A DNA stretch of 64,000 nt. It comes from Paraphysomonas bandaiensis. Lineage: Eukaryota; Protista; Chrysophyceae. The translations under genes and the position numbers were made by a program. The notes under the pieces are model-generated. The model did no database searches and was not told the origin of the DNA. It was given only the letters and a program-made list of their open reading frames with translations. Where the stretch lies: NCBI GenBank assembly GCA_965644295.1, contig CBFFRP010000434.1, forward strand, positions 146,634 through 210,633, written 5' to 3'. Positions 36,701 through 48,648 of this stretch are shown in pieces. The first letter of the stretch is position 1. Every line of letters begins with the position of its first letter.

Positions 36701-38965
36701 TTCTCCTGCGCCATCTGCATGATATCGTCGTAGTTGCAATCCTTCTTTGACAAGTTGGGTCTCTACCATGTCCTTCATACACTTTAACACTTCACTCCCA
36801 GTCTTGTTTTTCAACCCATAAGCCCATACATGTTTTGCATCACTGTGCTTGAATAGTAACACATGTTTGTAGCCTTCCATCGATGGCGTGTTTAGGACTT
36901 CCATCGTATCTGCACTGAGCACCCCTCTCTCCTTTGGGTTGTTGTCTAAGTTCATCAACTGGCGTGGAGTCCTGAAGTTCTTTCTCGTGAGTTTCGATCG
37001 CATGCAGGTATTACATTTGCATATCGTTTTTTTGTGTTTTTTTCTGAAATATTTCTTGTCCAGATTTATTCCATCAACTAGGCCTCGGCGGTCGGACTCA
37101 GTCAGTTTATCATAGTTGACATGGCCAAGTCTTTTGTGCCATAGAATTCGCTGGTCATCAAACCCCTGCTCCTCAAGTGCTGCTGAGGATTCTTCTCCAA
37201 GCTGAAGTAAGTCTTCGAGTCGAACTGGATATAATCCATTAACACTTCTCTGTCTAATGAGTGTCTTGTTCGTAGTCTTATTTCGAATGACGACTTCATC
37301 ATTATCGAACGTCACAACACAACCCCTATCTGTGATGCTCTTCATATCTACGAGGTTCTTACTTGCTTCAGGTGCGTAGTACACCTTTTTAAAGCTTCCT
37401 ACATCGCCAACACTGTGTATTGACAGTTTACCTTTGTTCGCTGTGGACATCTGCCTATCAGCGCGCTGAAGGTTGGTCATGTGGTTTTTGGAGGTAAGGA
37501 TCATCTTGTTGCACCCGCTGTCTAAATAAATAACATCTGACATGCTCTGTGCTAGATTCACCTCTTCTTCCACACATATCATCGATTCGTATCCCGCTTC
37601 ATCTTCTGAATCATGTACAGACACTCGCGGTTTCTTCTTGTTCTTGTAGGGTGCCGTTTCCCTTCTAGAGTCTCGCCCCCGTTTAGAACTGACCACTGCA
37701 GCTTTAGCAGTCTTCAAGTGGAAGCAGTCTTTAGTCTGATGGCCTGGGATGTCACATATCTCACACACAGGTAGCTTTGTTTTGTTATCACCCCTGTTTC
37801 TGTGATCTCTATCTTTTCTCTGTGATCTTGTCCCCTTCATCCTCTTTATGACATGCTCTGGAGTCTTGCACTCCCTAGCAAAGTGGCCAAGTTTCTTGCA
37901 CTTATTGCATCTGCCCTTTCTCTTGTGCTCTTTCCATTTACTGTCATCCACTGCTTGATTGACACTGTCTTCCCCTGAATTTTGCAACGCATGCTTGCCG
38001 AATGATGTGTTTTCATACCCTTTGATTAGGCTGCTTGCTCTTGCGTATGTCACATCGTTTGCTGTATACAGGCTGTGTGCTAGTTGGGAATATCTCTTGT
38101 CTGTGAGACCTTCCTTTAGTCGAGTGAGCTTGTCGTCTTCCGTGACTTCACGACCTAGATTCTCGAGAATCTTGGCCTGGGCTTCAACGCTGTCGACGAA
38201 CTCTGCTCCTGACTGACTTGAGGTAATCTTCATTGAATTGAACTTTGTGACCTCTGCCTGTACTGTATTCTTTTCAACATTGAGAAATCTCTCTTCCAGT
38301 GCCTGTAGTAACCCTTTTGCTGTACTTCCTTCGTAGAGAGCCGCTGTTGTGCCTGCTTTTGGGTGAGCATTGCACACTTCCATCAGGAAGGAGTACGCGG
38401 TCTCGTTCCGGGTGTTCCAGAGTTTCTTCGCTTTGCGTAGTCGCTTCTTCTGTGCATCAGTCATATGAGCTCCCGCTGGGACTGTAGAGTCTAGATCATG
38501 AATGTGCCTTGGTTTATCCTTTGAGAGGACAAGATGAGCTCGATTGTGTCTCATGAGGAATGAGGTGAAGAACTTCTTGAATTTCTTGAAGTTCAGTTCC
38601 TCGAAGGGAGGTACCTTTGAGCCTGAGGCGACATTCGTGAAATTTCCATCCGCTGCCATATTAATTTACGCTTTTAGTTAGTGCAATATTGACTGATTGA
38701 TATTATAGGAGATATAGTAAGTTTATGATGTTGTAGCCCTGTGAGTTAGGAACCACGTCATTCACCAACATCAACATTCTGTTCTACAAATCATATCTTT
38801 AACAGCTACTATATTTTCAGTTTCTTTGTATACTTGTAATAGCTACTCCTATACTGTAGTCATGTATATTCTGTATTTCATTGCTACATAGAATACAGGA
38901 TAACTACTAGCGATTGACTTTACCAAACTTCAAGTACGCACGTAGGAGTTGGTTGTAGTTCAATA
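33787..38965 (-). mobile_element. Intact Ty1/Copia LTR retrotransposon with identical 307-bp LTRs
   Basis: LTRs at 33787-34093 and 38659-38965; TSD GCATT at 33782-33786 and 38966-38970; PPT GAGTGGGAG; PBS-like TGGCAGCGGATGG. Confidence 0.97.
34142..38659 (-). CDS. Copia Gag-Pol polyprotein (1505 aa)
   Basis: Two CCHC knuckles, protease YLDSGC, LWHKRLGH..CNTC plus integrase core, RT YVDD, RNase H YSDADWAG, in PR-IN-RT-RH order. Confidence 0.97.
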   Translation of the reverse strand: MAADGNFTNVASGSKVPPFEELNFKKFKKFFTSFLMRHNRAHLVLSKDKPRHIHDLDSTVPAGAHMTDAQKKRLRKAKKLWNTRNETAYSFLMEVCNAHPKAGTTAALYEGSTAKGLLQALEERFLNVEKNTVQAEVTKFNSMKITSSQSGAEFVDSVEAQAKILENLGREVTEDDKLTRLKEGLTDKRYSQLAHSLYTANDVTYARASSLIKGYENTSFGKHALQNSGEDSVNQAVDDSKWKEHKRKGRCNKCKKLGHFARECKTPEHVIKRMKGTRSQRKDRDHRNRGDNKTKLPVCEICDIPGHQTKDCFHLKTAKAAVVSSKRGRDSRRETAPYKNKKKPRVSVHDSEDEAGYESMICVEEEVNLAQSMSDVIYLDSGCNKMILTSKNHMTNLQRADRQMSTANKGKLSIHSVGDVGSFKKVYYAPEASKNLVDMKSITDRGCVVTFDNDEVVIRNKTTNKTLIRQRSVNGLYPVRLEDLLQLGEESSAALEEQGFDDQRILWHKRLGHVNYDKLTESDRRGLVDGINLDKKYFRKKHKKTICKCNTCMRSKLTRKNFRTPRQLMNLDNNPKERGVLSADTMEVLNTPSMEGYKHVLLFKHSDAKHVWAYGLKNKTGSEVLKCMKDMVETQLVKEGLQLRRYHADGAGELVGQHVRQYLRETTSTRTVQVTWTPRDTPEMNSLSERTNRTVKEMALAILLDSGMPSVFWFKAVLHAVYLINRLPTKTTKGYISPFEYITGTAPDVSDLKIWGCKAWAIVPKEQRRKEWKEKGKPGYYMGQCQQPVGHQIYIPDLNAIIVAVNAQFDESIPERSQEYFDEIDNLQIDTSETAESVNDYQYLVGLRHLDGHLCYVTTRVIERRGVIVAYRRLDMKGNTTEEQTPIHIKDVVKMTHSTKCQTDKFNSLRNELDQTCNDSDNEQRTPDRSNRGASSTGGADRNPRTEKRPRKKRHIVNVGVLGDVSLFLDSSNSTIKEPQTLAEAKKTPQRTYWIEATRKEVHKLERRTCWKIVRRPKHRKIIKSKLVFKVKRDHLGKIKKFKVRLVAKGFTQEQGVDYNETFSPVAKGVSFRLALALALRYNLQLRQLDVETAFPYADLDEDVFMSPPAGIDIPQGCCLKILKSLYGLKQAPRNWHSMLKDSIKAMGYKQCVLDPCLFVLKGTDDNLHMILVYVDDIIVLSSDSRHIEEVISAFKTQYAMQDMGDLKHYLGLTIERHNGQIKLHQSAYAKDVVARFNHLLSEKKRRCKATTPLPPGLKLSKDAKEEETRKQREYVDAFPYQSVIGALMYLAVHTRPDMAYTVNLLSRFTTRPTYAACQAALHTLLYLENTVDQGIIFPNFTDEDPLCVYSDADWAGDLDTCRSTTGYIVYLWGAPIAWQSRLQPTVATSTMEAEYMAAYAAIQEIVWIRGVMTELGIRGFELSKNASPTILNMDSKSAIDLAQNPVNHKRSKHIRIKYHWIREQVGGCIVRLNHVPTAEMTADVMTKALSEKLHYQHVHTMVSH

Positions 38966-39079
38966 GCATTTCTAAGAATGCAATAATTATTAATTCAAAT
39001 ACTTCAAGCAATATTTGTGTAACATCTGGTGGTAATCTGTTCTCCTTCCCATCTCTTTAATAAGGAGAAGCGGAATAAG

Positions 39080-39270
39080 GAAGGGCACGTATCTAAACTT
39101 TAGACTTAAGATTATAAAGTATATATCCTGTAATCCTGCTGCACAAATATAGAACACTTGTGACTGGGCGAGCAGATACTTCAAATAATAATTTTTAATA
39201 AACGTAATGATGACTCTACTGATTATGGTTTAGAAGATGAGTATGAGGAAAATTAGTATAGCTAAGTAGA
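39080..39270 (+). mobile_element. Degenerate hAT relic related to 11.6-11.8 kb
   Basis: Shares GATGAGTATGAG(G/A)AAA..TAGCTAAG and upstream similarity with 11700-11820. Confidence 0.4.
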
Positions 39271-40332
39271 ATGTAATCTTTGCTTGGCAGCAGTGTTAAC
39301 AGTTTGCATTAGAGGGTATAGGGTATAGGGTTATGTCAGTTTTGTCAATGGACGATGTGCAGCTAAGAATTGTGTGTGTTTCAGAAGTATGATGACTACT
39401 TGAGTAAATCTAGACCAAATATAACGTTTATTTTTTATTATACTAGATGATATGCCTAACAAGTTGTACGTAATAAATTCATTGTTCTGACGTTGACCTT
39501 ACAAACTCATTGAATTTATATGTTGTACAATTATTATGATTCTAAAGATGTGATATATAGTCCTCTAGTATTAAGTACTGCACATACCAAAAGTACATTC
39601 CCCCTATACTATCTTATATTGTCAGTTCATTGAATAGAGAACACTCACCGACGGTGCAATTAGTTTCTTTGTGATTGTTTTAGCAGCACTAATTCTCACC
39701 CACAACCCCTGCACAAGTGGAAATGCCATGGTGCCGCATCCGCCAGCTACTTCTCTGCCTCAGGCCCAACTCGCGGCCTGCGCCATCTCCAGACACGCCG
39801 GAATCCGCGGGCTCTTCGCTTACTGGGTGTATATATACAAAGAGGAGACCTAGCTTACCCCACACGTCCACCTCTCCACAATCCCTGCACAAGTGGAAAC
39901 GCCATGTGCTTTTTATTATTGATGCACTCTATATATTTGAAAGGTTTGAAGCATTTAACGACGTGTTTCGTACCCCAGGTAAATTCATGGTGTTTCCAGT
40001 GACGGGCAAATAATTGCTAGTGCTGTGTACAGATAAAATGATTCATAGCATATAGAGTTGAGGGTGCGTATGGTCAGTATCACTCTTTCTTTCTTATCTA
40101 CTATAACATCCAAATTGTGTGTACTGTGGCATCACTTCAGTATTGACTTTACAATTTTCCTACATGTATGTTTTCTTTGTAAATTAATTCGAATTACTAC
40201 TATTCATTACATCATGTACTACTAGCGATGACACGTCTCTATATGACAACGTTATCATATTTCTACTAACTACCAACAATCCAATACAATCAGTACATGA
40301 CATGACTTTCGCACGCACAGAATCCAACCATA

Positions 40333-40762
40333 TCACCCTGCCTTGTACAAGCATATCGCCGTCTTTCCAATATAAAAGAAAATGAAATGTTTGGATTCAT
40401 GAGTAACAAATGCTCTGAAGTCACTGCCAACTATACAATGCCATGTAGGTCCATACTTCTGGTCAAAAAATGTCTGTATATAATTTGAATGATTAAAGTG
40501 TTCAGAGCAACTACTCGAAACAAAGCAAACCTTGATGTGCTTTGAAATATCTTTCTCTTCAGGATTAGCTTCCAAAGCAACTCCCGCAACATTCATCGCA
40601 TCGTTTCGCATTTCTCCGTGAATTCCATGATCATCCACTGTATGAATTACCAATAAATAGCCATTAAACGAGACGTGCATACACATTCAGTTGATACATA
40701 CTGTCGCAAATCATTTTCCCGCCTGGTCCGCCTCCTCCACTAGATGTCGTCGCGCTTGCCAT
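40333..40762 (-). CDS. Dynein light chain, LC8 family (3 exons)
   Basis: EKDISKHIK|TFFDQKYGPTWHCIVGSDFRAFVTHESKHFIFFYIGKTAICLYKAG*. Confidence 0.9.
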
Positions 40763-41879
40763 ATTAGAATCAAAAGAATGTGTAGATGTTGCACAGGTAT
40801 TAGGAGCTCACTCTATTCACAATATCTACCTGGTTGTATGATTTAAGGAGGTGTAAACGATAGCAGTACAGTATCACCTACAGACCTCCACATATAACGG
40901 CACACCTCCACAGTGTGATGCATAGTATACTGCCTGTATACAGCAGTACACATATACGACATGCGTATACACATACTAACTGCACCACAGCAACAGTTGA
41001 AACTGCCCTCCTCTGTACAATCTGCTGATGAGGCTTTCTGATTTTGACCTCACGATCGAACCAATCAGATCGAAGAAACGAGCGTACATAACAACTATAA
41101 AACCCCTTATTTTTAGTATATACTGTACAGAGTGCAGTGCATAAAAATCCATGATATTATTACCTCCTGCTGGAGAGATACAGTATGAGGACAGGCACGT
41201 ACACTGTACTGGGCATTCAATGTACACCAGCTTATCGGAACAGTGCTATATAGTGGAGCGAGTTAAACTAAATCTTGTTGTTAAAGGGCTGGATGAAAGA
41301 AATAGATGAAAAAACAGTATCTTTCGAAGTGTAGGGTTCTCACGAAGATATAAGCATCGGCGAGGCTATCAAAGGCTCAAGTTATGAAGCATCCTATTGA
41401 TGAAACTGTGGTAAGCTATTGTTTACTGCAATCTCAATTGATGAACACATTCTCAAACATAGGGAAAAAATGTAAAGACACGAGGAAAACATTACTGGAG
41501 CTGTAGTTTTTAGCAGCAGTAATCATGTTGAAAAGGACACTCAATATGCCATGAATCCGGTAAAAGAAAATGTAACCGTAAGTGCACGGGCTTATCAGAA
41601 TTACGAGAGTGCACTCCGATGGTGTCATCAATACAACTATCCAAGTATGGGAAAACTCGGCTACCTATGGCCTGGTGACGTAGATATGGCTTTTCGTGCT
41701 ACAATTGCAATCTATAAAAATGGTGTAGGAAGTGAAAAGCACAACGGCATAATGAAGTCGAGAGAAGGGAAAAGTGATTTTAATTTACAAGGCTATAAAG
41801 CTGAATGTCGTTTTTTGAAGAAAATGAACCCCATCTAAAAGGACAATCATGGCATGAGAAAGTATTTTGCTTCTTCAGT

Positions 41880-42072
41880 TACGGAAGTGGTTGCACCTTG
41901 GTGCTTGCGGCGACGCACGAGCAGCTTCTGTAGCGTTAAATAGTAGGATAATGGAAATTGAACGGATTAGTTATGGGTAGAGGTCTAGCTAGTATGTCTA
42001 GCATTCAACTAGCCACTATATTGGTACAGGTTTCTAACGCCTATTGCTAATAAATAAAAAGACTTTCAATAT
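41880..42072 (+). mobile_element. LINE/SINE 3' tail fragment
   Basis: ACGGAAGTGGTTGCACCTTGGTGC...GACTTTCAATAT. Confidence 0.8.
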
Positions 42073-43443
42073 ATAACAAGGTACTTACCTTAGTTAGTTG
42101 TAAATATTGCTAGAGCAGTAGGGTCAATACTGAGGGAAAGTGAAATCCCTCGGTATTAGGATTCATCTTTTTATAAGATAGTATATGTGAAATATAATGT
42201 TCAAAAAAATATATCATGAACAAAATTAATGATTTATCACAATGATTCTAACTATTTCATTGTGTGTGATAGTTATGTCTTGCATTATTATTCACTTTTT
42301 TACATTACTGTGTTCGTCACTTTACATTCTAATTATTACAACATGCATCTTACAATCACTAAGCTTTAACCTGCATTCTCGGAGTAACGGCCAATCTGTT
42401 TTCAACCATGCGATTTTTGAATCCTAACCTGCCATCTAGAGTTCATGCTGAACAACCAGACATGCCCACTGGAATCAATATCAACAGCCTAGGGGATAGA
42501 CTGAAAGAGTGTCGTCTTTAGTTGCGAAAAGTAAAAATTCTCTCAATACCATTTATAGTGTTCGCATCAGATAAAGTATCATACAGTATGGTATATAAAA
42601 GCAGCAGTGTGTAACATGAAAAAGTAAATTAATAAATTAAATACCATCAAAGACAATGATATGAAAGACAATGTCATTAACACATCGACAACACGGTACA
42701 TGTAATACACTACTAAAGCAGTGACGGACCACCATTGCAATACAATTACGTCCATTGAACAATGAACAGGAAAGTTCTACCAGTATTGAAGTTGTGTCTT
42801 CTCTCTTAGTCTCGCTTCTCTCTCTTAGCCGGTTTTGCATGAAAACGATTCTCGCAATGAGGTTGCAGCCAGCAGTCTCTGATTGCACCAATATCACAAG
42901 TACCAGGAATGAAGTCATGTAACCTCGAGGGGAAGATGATGGAACCCATCTAACAGCTCACAAGTAGCCATATTCATTCAAAGAGACCCCTTTTCATTGA
43001 CACGCATTACTCTTACAGTCATATACGCTTATAGTCAGGTCAGGTCTGTTCCATAGAGAGGCCAAGTGATCATCTATGTGTGCAGTTCCGTACCACAGAG
43101 TATATACGTCATGTATACAACGTAATACGTAACAGTTCTACATCATAGTTCCGTAACACTACCGAAATGATAAAACTTTAGAGTACGACGATCGTACTTC
43201 GATCGAATGTATCGCACTCCCACTTTGCATACATCGTACTACGATTTTATCAGCAAATCACAGGCTCTTGTTTCACAGTGCTGTGATACTATTTGTCCGA
43301 TAACCACATGGGATGGGATATCTTTCCCATTGAAACGATAGTGAATGATTTCATATTTTCGTCACAATTAATTCACAGCACACCGCAGAGCAAGGGAGCA
43401 GATCTCCTACGAACACTGAGTCATATCACGTATCACTCATTCG

Positions 43444-44472
43444 ATGGGATCTTGCCAAAGCTCTTCGGTAGACTCGATCAGTTCCGTGCTTCTAAAAGAA
43501 ATTGGGCTGTCATACTCTGAGCTCAATCTATTGTTTGATGTGTTCTCCGGCTTCTCCCCTCCGCACTGCGATAGTGTCGACATTCATAATATATTTACAC
43601 AATTGGGATTACAGGCCGGAAAGTTGGAGCATAGAATATTCAGTCCCCGGAGATTCTGTCAGGTGACTGGTGCGAAGAGTGTGAACTTTTCCCAATTTGT
43701 ATGTCTGGTGTGGTGCTTTCTATCACTGGAGGCCTGTGAACTGGCACCGTACATATTCATTGTATATGACGACGACAATATCAATTCCTTAACCTCTATA
43801 AATATGCGGAAGTTGCTGGTAGATATCCATGGAAACAATTTAAAAGACGATGGGAATGTACATGCTGTTTCTGAACTATTGTTGAGTAACGGCGACGTAA
43901 TTACTGCTAGCATGTTTGCTCAATGGTGCCACGGCCACCCTTCACTCTGTTCTCCTCTAAAAGCTTTACAGGCCACTCTTCGCCGTCGGATCTGCGGTGA
44001 GGCGTTTTGGAGTACTATCTGCAACCGTCGCAGCAAAACGAAAGCCCAGATGGAGGCATCTTATGTACGGGTGCTCAGCTCAAGATATAAAGATGTAATA
44101 TTTAGACAAGAGCTATCCTCCAGATTGGCTGCAATAAAGAAAGAGCTAACAGATATGAAGACTACAAACTACTCCGCTCGAGGGGTATTTAAAACCCTGA
44201 GCAGTAGTGTATGCAGCCTTATTGATCGTAACCCAAGCATCTCAACTGAACGAATTCATGCTCCCAGTCCGAGGCAATACGACAATCCACTCGTTGATGT
44301 TCTTAGAGAATACGAGATGGATAACTACCCCCCATTACGTATAAAATGTAAACCCTTGTGTACATCTTATACGCCTTCTCGAGGCAGCAGCTCAGTAAGT
44401 CCAACTTCATACACTGCAGCCTCTACTCCTACTATCGTCTCTATGCATTCTGCAGAGGATCGACTTTTTTAA
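43444..44472 (+). CDS. Myristoylated degenerate EF-hand (calcineurin-B/recoverin-like) protein, copy 1
   Basis: MGSCQSS start; SVNFSQFV and FIVYDDDNINSLTSINM EF-hand-like loops. Confidence 0.65.
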   Translation: MGSCQSSSVDSISSVLLKEIGLSYSELNLLFDVFSGFSPPHCDSVDIHNIFTQLGLQAGKLEHRIFSPRRFCQVTGAKSVNFSQFVCLVWCFLSLEACELAPYIFIVYDDDNINSLTSINMRKLLVDIHGNNLKDDGNVHAVSELLLSNGDVITASMFAQWCHGHPSLCSPLKALQATLRRRICGEAFWSTICNRRSKTKAQMEASYVRVLSSRYKDVIFRQELSSRLAAIKKELTDMKTTNYSARGVFKTLSSSVCSLIDRNPSISTERIHAPSPRQYDNPLVDVLREYEMDNYPPLRIKCKPLCTSYTPSRGSSSVSPTSYTAASTPTIVSMHSAEDRLF

Positions 44473-44793
44473 GTTTGAGCTATAACGTGAGCAGAAATGT
44501 AATCCCAAAGCTTTTGGAACATTTCTAATGGTTTTCGATATTTTATAGTTTTTTATTGCCACCATTCATAGTTTTATGTTTCTGCTGTCCATTTTATTGT
44601 GTTTGTTTTGTGAGCAGTATGTTTTATCCTCTCTTTTATACAGCATATCGTGTTCTTTGTTTTATGTGTTTTTTCTGTGGTATTAGCTGTCTTGTTTTCT
44701 AAAGTGACAATAAAGTATAATCGATTTCATCTGTGCTAGAATTAGACATACACTTAAGTCAACCTTGCTCTACAAAACCTTAATGTTGGCTTT

Positions 44794-45092
44794 TATTGAA
44801 CTACAACCAACTCCTACGTGCGTACATGAAGTTTAGTAAAGCCTATCGCTAGTAGTTATCCTGTATTCTATGTAGAAATGAAATACATGATTACATTATA
44901 AGAGTAGCTATTACAAGTATACAAAGAAACTGAAAATATAGTAGCTGTTAACGATACGATTTGTAGAACAGAATGTTGATGTTGGTGAATGACGTCGTTC
45001 CTGAATCACAGTGCTACAATATCATAACTTTACTATATATCTCCCTTAATATCAATCAGTCAATATTGCACTCTTAAAAGCTTAAGTTAATA
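44794..45092 (+). mobile_element. Diverged solo LTR of the Copia family at 33.8-39.0 kb
   Basis: TATTGAACTACAACC...AAGTTAATA aligns to the LTR; flanked by CTTT(T). Confidence 0.9.
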
Positions 45093-45486
45093 CTTTTAAG
45101 ATTCATTGATTCACGTATTTCTCTTAACCCGTGAATACAAGAAGATAATCCATATTCGATGAAACATCATTAACTGACTTATTATTTAACAGACTATATA
45201 AGACATGCTTATGTGTATTAGTAAAGCAATGTTGTGATTATTAGAAGGTAAGTGTGAATAGAAGTAAGTGTTACTAAGTGTCGAATGTAAGTGTTATACT
45301 TTGTATCAAGAGTTAGTTAATAAATGTAAGAAATGGAACAAACTAAGAAATTACTAAGGAACAGATGACAAAAAATATTACTAAGTAGAAACAAATAATG
45401 CAGGAAGAAGTGTTAAATCAGCCGATGGAAATGTATTGGTGTCAGTGAGCTGGTCATGATTCCGTGAATTCTCGCGGGCGTGTATG

Positions 45487-47465
45487 ATCACAGACGGATC
45501 ATACACACCCGCAGCTCTTTCCCCACGCCGCATCACGCATGTGCACCCACGCACAAGATGGACACATCACGGAGGATGAATGGGAGAACGGCACTACAAA
45601 AATCCTGCGTCTAGAGACATCCTTCAGAGACGTACCTGGACTTGGCCCGTATGCGTATGAACTCATGAGAGCTTCGATGGCACTTATACTATCTGCGCGA
45701 CTCCCTGCGCACATACCGATTAACACAGACTGTAAGGCCGTATGCATCCGCACTGACGAGGCACTTTCCACCAGACATCGGGCCCTAGGACATCGTGCCA
45801 AAGGTGTACTGCTCGAAAGCATTGCGGCAAATAAAGATTGTACAAGGAAAGTAGCATGGGTCTGATCACACCCTGAACGACGTACCACTGATGAATCTGA
45901 ATGGACTTTTGAAGACAAAGGCATTTACATTGCAGACGCAATAGTCGGAGAGGACTGGCTTGAAGTGGACCGACTACTGTCTGTAACATAGAAGTGGACC
46001 AAGCCATTGAGCGAATACTCATGGCGGGTTTATGGCACTGGCGCCTATCCGGGGAACGACGGCCGCTTCGCACAAGTCCCCTACTCACGGACTCTGGAGA
46101 ACTACACTGCACTCAGAGATCAACGCTACGGTCACAATCCCGACCGGACACCTGGATATTGGACAGACAGCGGGGCACTACTTCCGCGCAAACTGGCGCA
46201 AGCAGATGGTGGTCCATCAAAGGATAAAGATAGTTCCCACCTACGCCAGAGAGTGCTCAATATGCAGCATTGGCATGGGACAAATCTTTCAGCATTGGGA
46301 GAAACCGGGCTAAAACTAAACACGGGCTCGACCTGGCCAAAGCCACATGTTCTGACTGCGGATTTCGACTAGACTCACTCAAGCACATGTGTCTAGACTG
46401 CACAAATGACACCATCATTCAGATACGGGAGTCTGCATTTCACAGCCACAAAAACGCGCTTCAAGAGACACTGAGAAATCAGGAACTACCCCACTGGACC
46501 ACCAATGCGCTACTACAGCGGCTCTCCAGCAGGGCCTGGAACCCCTCCTTTCCACAGGTGGAGAGAATCTGGACAAGCAGCATCACTACTGCATAACTCG
46601 AGACGGTTTTTGGAGATCACATCCGTGAGTCCTTAACACCCCAAGGTCTGCGCAACCTTGAATCAGCGGTTATATCAGCCTGCTTCTCCCGCTTTTCGCT
46701 GCAGCAAAGCTCATGATCCAATATCAAAGTCGACGATACATTACCCTACACAAAGGACCCCCTACTAGGCTACTCCCGCGACCGCGTCTAAAACTAGACA
46801 GAAATAGAAACGCCCAAGGGTGCTACGATTACTAGGAGTCCACAGACGACCCGAGACTGGACCACCGCCCACCGCCCACACAAACCCTACCACTCATACA
46901 CACAGGAATATATATATCACCAGCCTGCATGAAACCTTCAGGCCTTAGACAACAACGACGCCGTCTGCGGCAACTCCACCTATGCCTGACGCCCGAAAAC
47001 GTGCACTGAGACAACCCCACATTCCACCACACTACCCACCTCTCAGCACACACATCTAGCACACGGTACACTCAGGACCATAATACAGAACCCTGTAACT
47101 CAGAGCCTGGTGGAATCTCATCCCAACGGGAGACCCCCTGACAACACGCGCCAGTGAGTCCTCTATAGGACACACGATCAGGGCGAAACTCTCAATCAAC
47201 CTTATATAAGAACGGAAGTGGTCGCACCTTGGTGCAAGCAGCTTCTGTAGCGCTAAATAGTAGAATAATAGAATTTGTGCTGATTAGTTATATGGGTAGA
47301 GGTCTAAATAGTATGTCTAGCATTCAACTAGCCACTATATCGGAACGAGTTTTTAACGCCTATTGCTAATAAATAAAAAAGACTTTCAATATAGCATTCA
47401 ACTACTAGTCACTACATTGGTGCAGGTTTTTAACGCCAATTGCTAAATAATAAGACTTTCAATAT
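45487..47465 (+). mobile_element. 5'-truncated degenerate LINE family B (RNase H, zinc finger, GRPPD end, partly duplicated 3' tail)
   Basis: ITDGSY, PYAYEL, INTDCK, HPERR, CSDC..HMCLDC; contains stops and frameshifts. Confidence 0.85.
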
Positions 47466-47520
47466 GTTACTATACGTGTCGAATGTAAGTGTTACTAATA
47501 AGTATCTAGAGTTAGTTAAA

Positions 47521-47750
47521 TAGTCAGCAGATATATTGTTCTGCCCACTCATAGCCAAATGCTTGTGTGGTACAAGGGACGCTAATAAGTGTCACTTGTG
47601 TAGACGTCTTTGGGCCCTGACGAATAAACAGGCATCCGGGAATGGGCCCACCTCAAGGGCATCCGGGACAGAGGGCCCACCAGAAGGGTAACCGGGGTAT
47701 TGGGCTGCCTGCTGAAGTTAAGCATCCGGGATGTTCACCTTAAGAACTCA
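47521..47750 (+). mobile_element. Internal body fragment of the ribozyme-headed SINE
   Basis: Matches 18773-18950. Confidence 0.8.
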
Positions 47751-48289
47751 AAAAACCTGAAGTCAGCAGATGTCAGGTATATCAACATTCTGCTTGCTCC
47801 CTGCGTTTGCTTTGAGTGATTGATGCTGAGTATGAGTTCACATTTTTCGGTATCTGTGTTGCCAATGACCGAGGTAATGCGTCAAACTTTCCTCATGGAT
47901 GCATGGCAATGGCAATGATGTGATTAGACCTGTCATGTCTTCTCACACGTCTACTGCCTAGTCTTGGTTTCTCCTGACCCAGGTCAATGAAATTATATCA
48001 AGGCTCTGGCACTGTTCTCCAAGCAGTGTCAGGTACATTTGTGGTGCTTTTATGTTATTTTTGCTTAGTAGGTTTCATCCGAGCGGGGAAGGTGCACGGT
48101 TTCCTACTAGTGTAAGTCACTCGGGAGAAGAGTGCAAGGTGGATGCATGTGCTGGACGAGTGCACACAATGGAGGGAAGATATTGGAGTCAGCTTGAATT
48201 TGTAACAGATTTTGGTAGATGTCTGTTTCATGCGTCCGTGTGCAAAATTGCACTAGTGAGACCGCTTCGTGACCGTGGGAGGACCCGGC

Positions 48290-48640
48290 GCTATAGAGCT
48301 ACTTTATTCTCCCTTCCAGACTACCTGCTGCTGTGAACACCACCTTGAAGAGGGCCCTAAAGATCTGCCGCATATACAGGAGACATATGCCGAAGACACC
48401 GACCGCAAGTTGTTTGTGTTAGGACAATTAGATTGGGCAGGAGCTTATGATCCGGCTTAAACACGCAACTCGTCGTATGCCCATGTAGCTAACTAAATCG
48501 TGTAGTATAGTTGAGCACTTGTCGGTGCACGCAATAGTAACTAGATGAGAGTCATGTTATGCATAGTGTCGCGCGAGTTGTTAGGTTGGTCGCGGCAACG
48601 CACAATCTTGCGCTTCTTAATAATCTGACATTCAATATAT
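48290..48640 (+). mobile_element. 3' end of a third LINE-like family (GAYDPA*)
   Basis: Ends GCGGCAACGCACAA..TAATAATCTGACATTCAATAT, related to the other tails. The 5' limit is uncertain. Confidence 0.5.
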
Positions 48641-48648
48641 AACAATTA

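Noticed and set aside
39311-39333. Telomere-like AGGGTAT repeats
   Set aside because: Only about three imperfect units, internal to the sequence.
41250-41870. Possible DNA-transposase relic / 95-aa ORF
   Set aside because: Too degenerate to assign by eye; no TIR or TSD found.
47135-47195. Hammerhead-like TGA-GTCC-loop-GGAC after the LINE stop codon
   Set aside because: The core reads CCAGTGA and ACACG rather than CTGANGA and GAAA, so catalytic residues are absent in all three copies.
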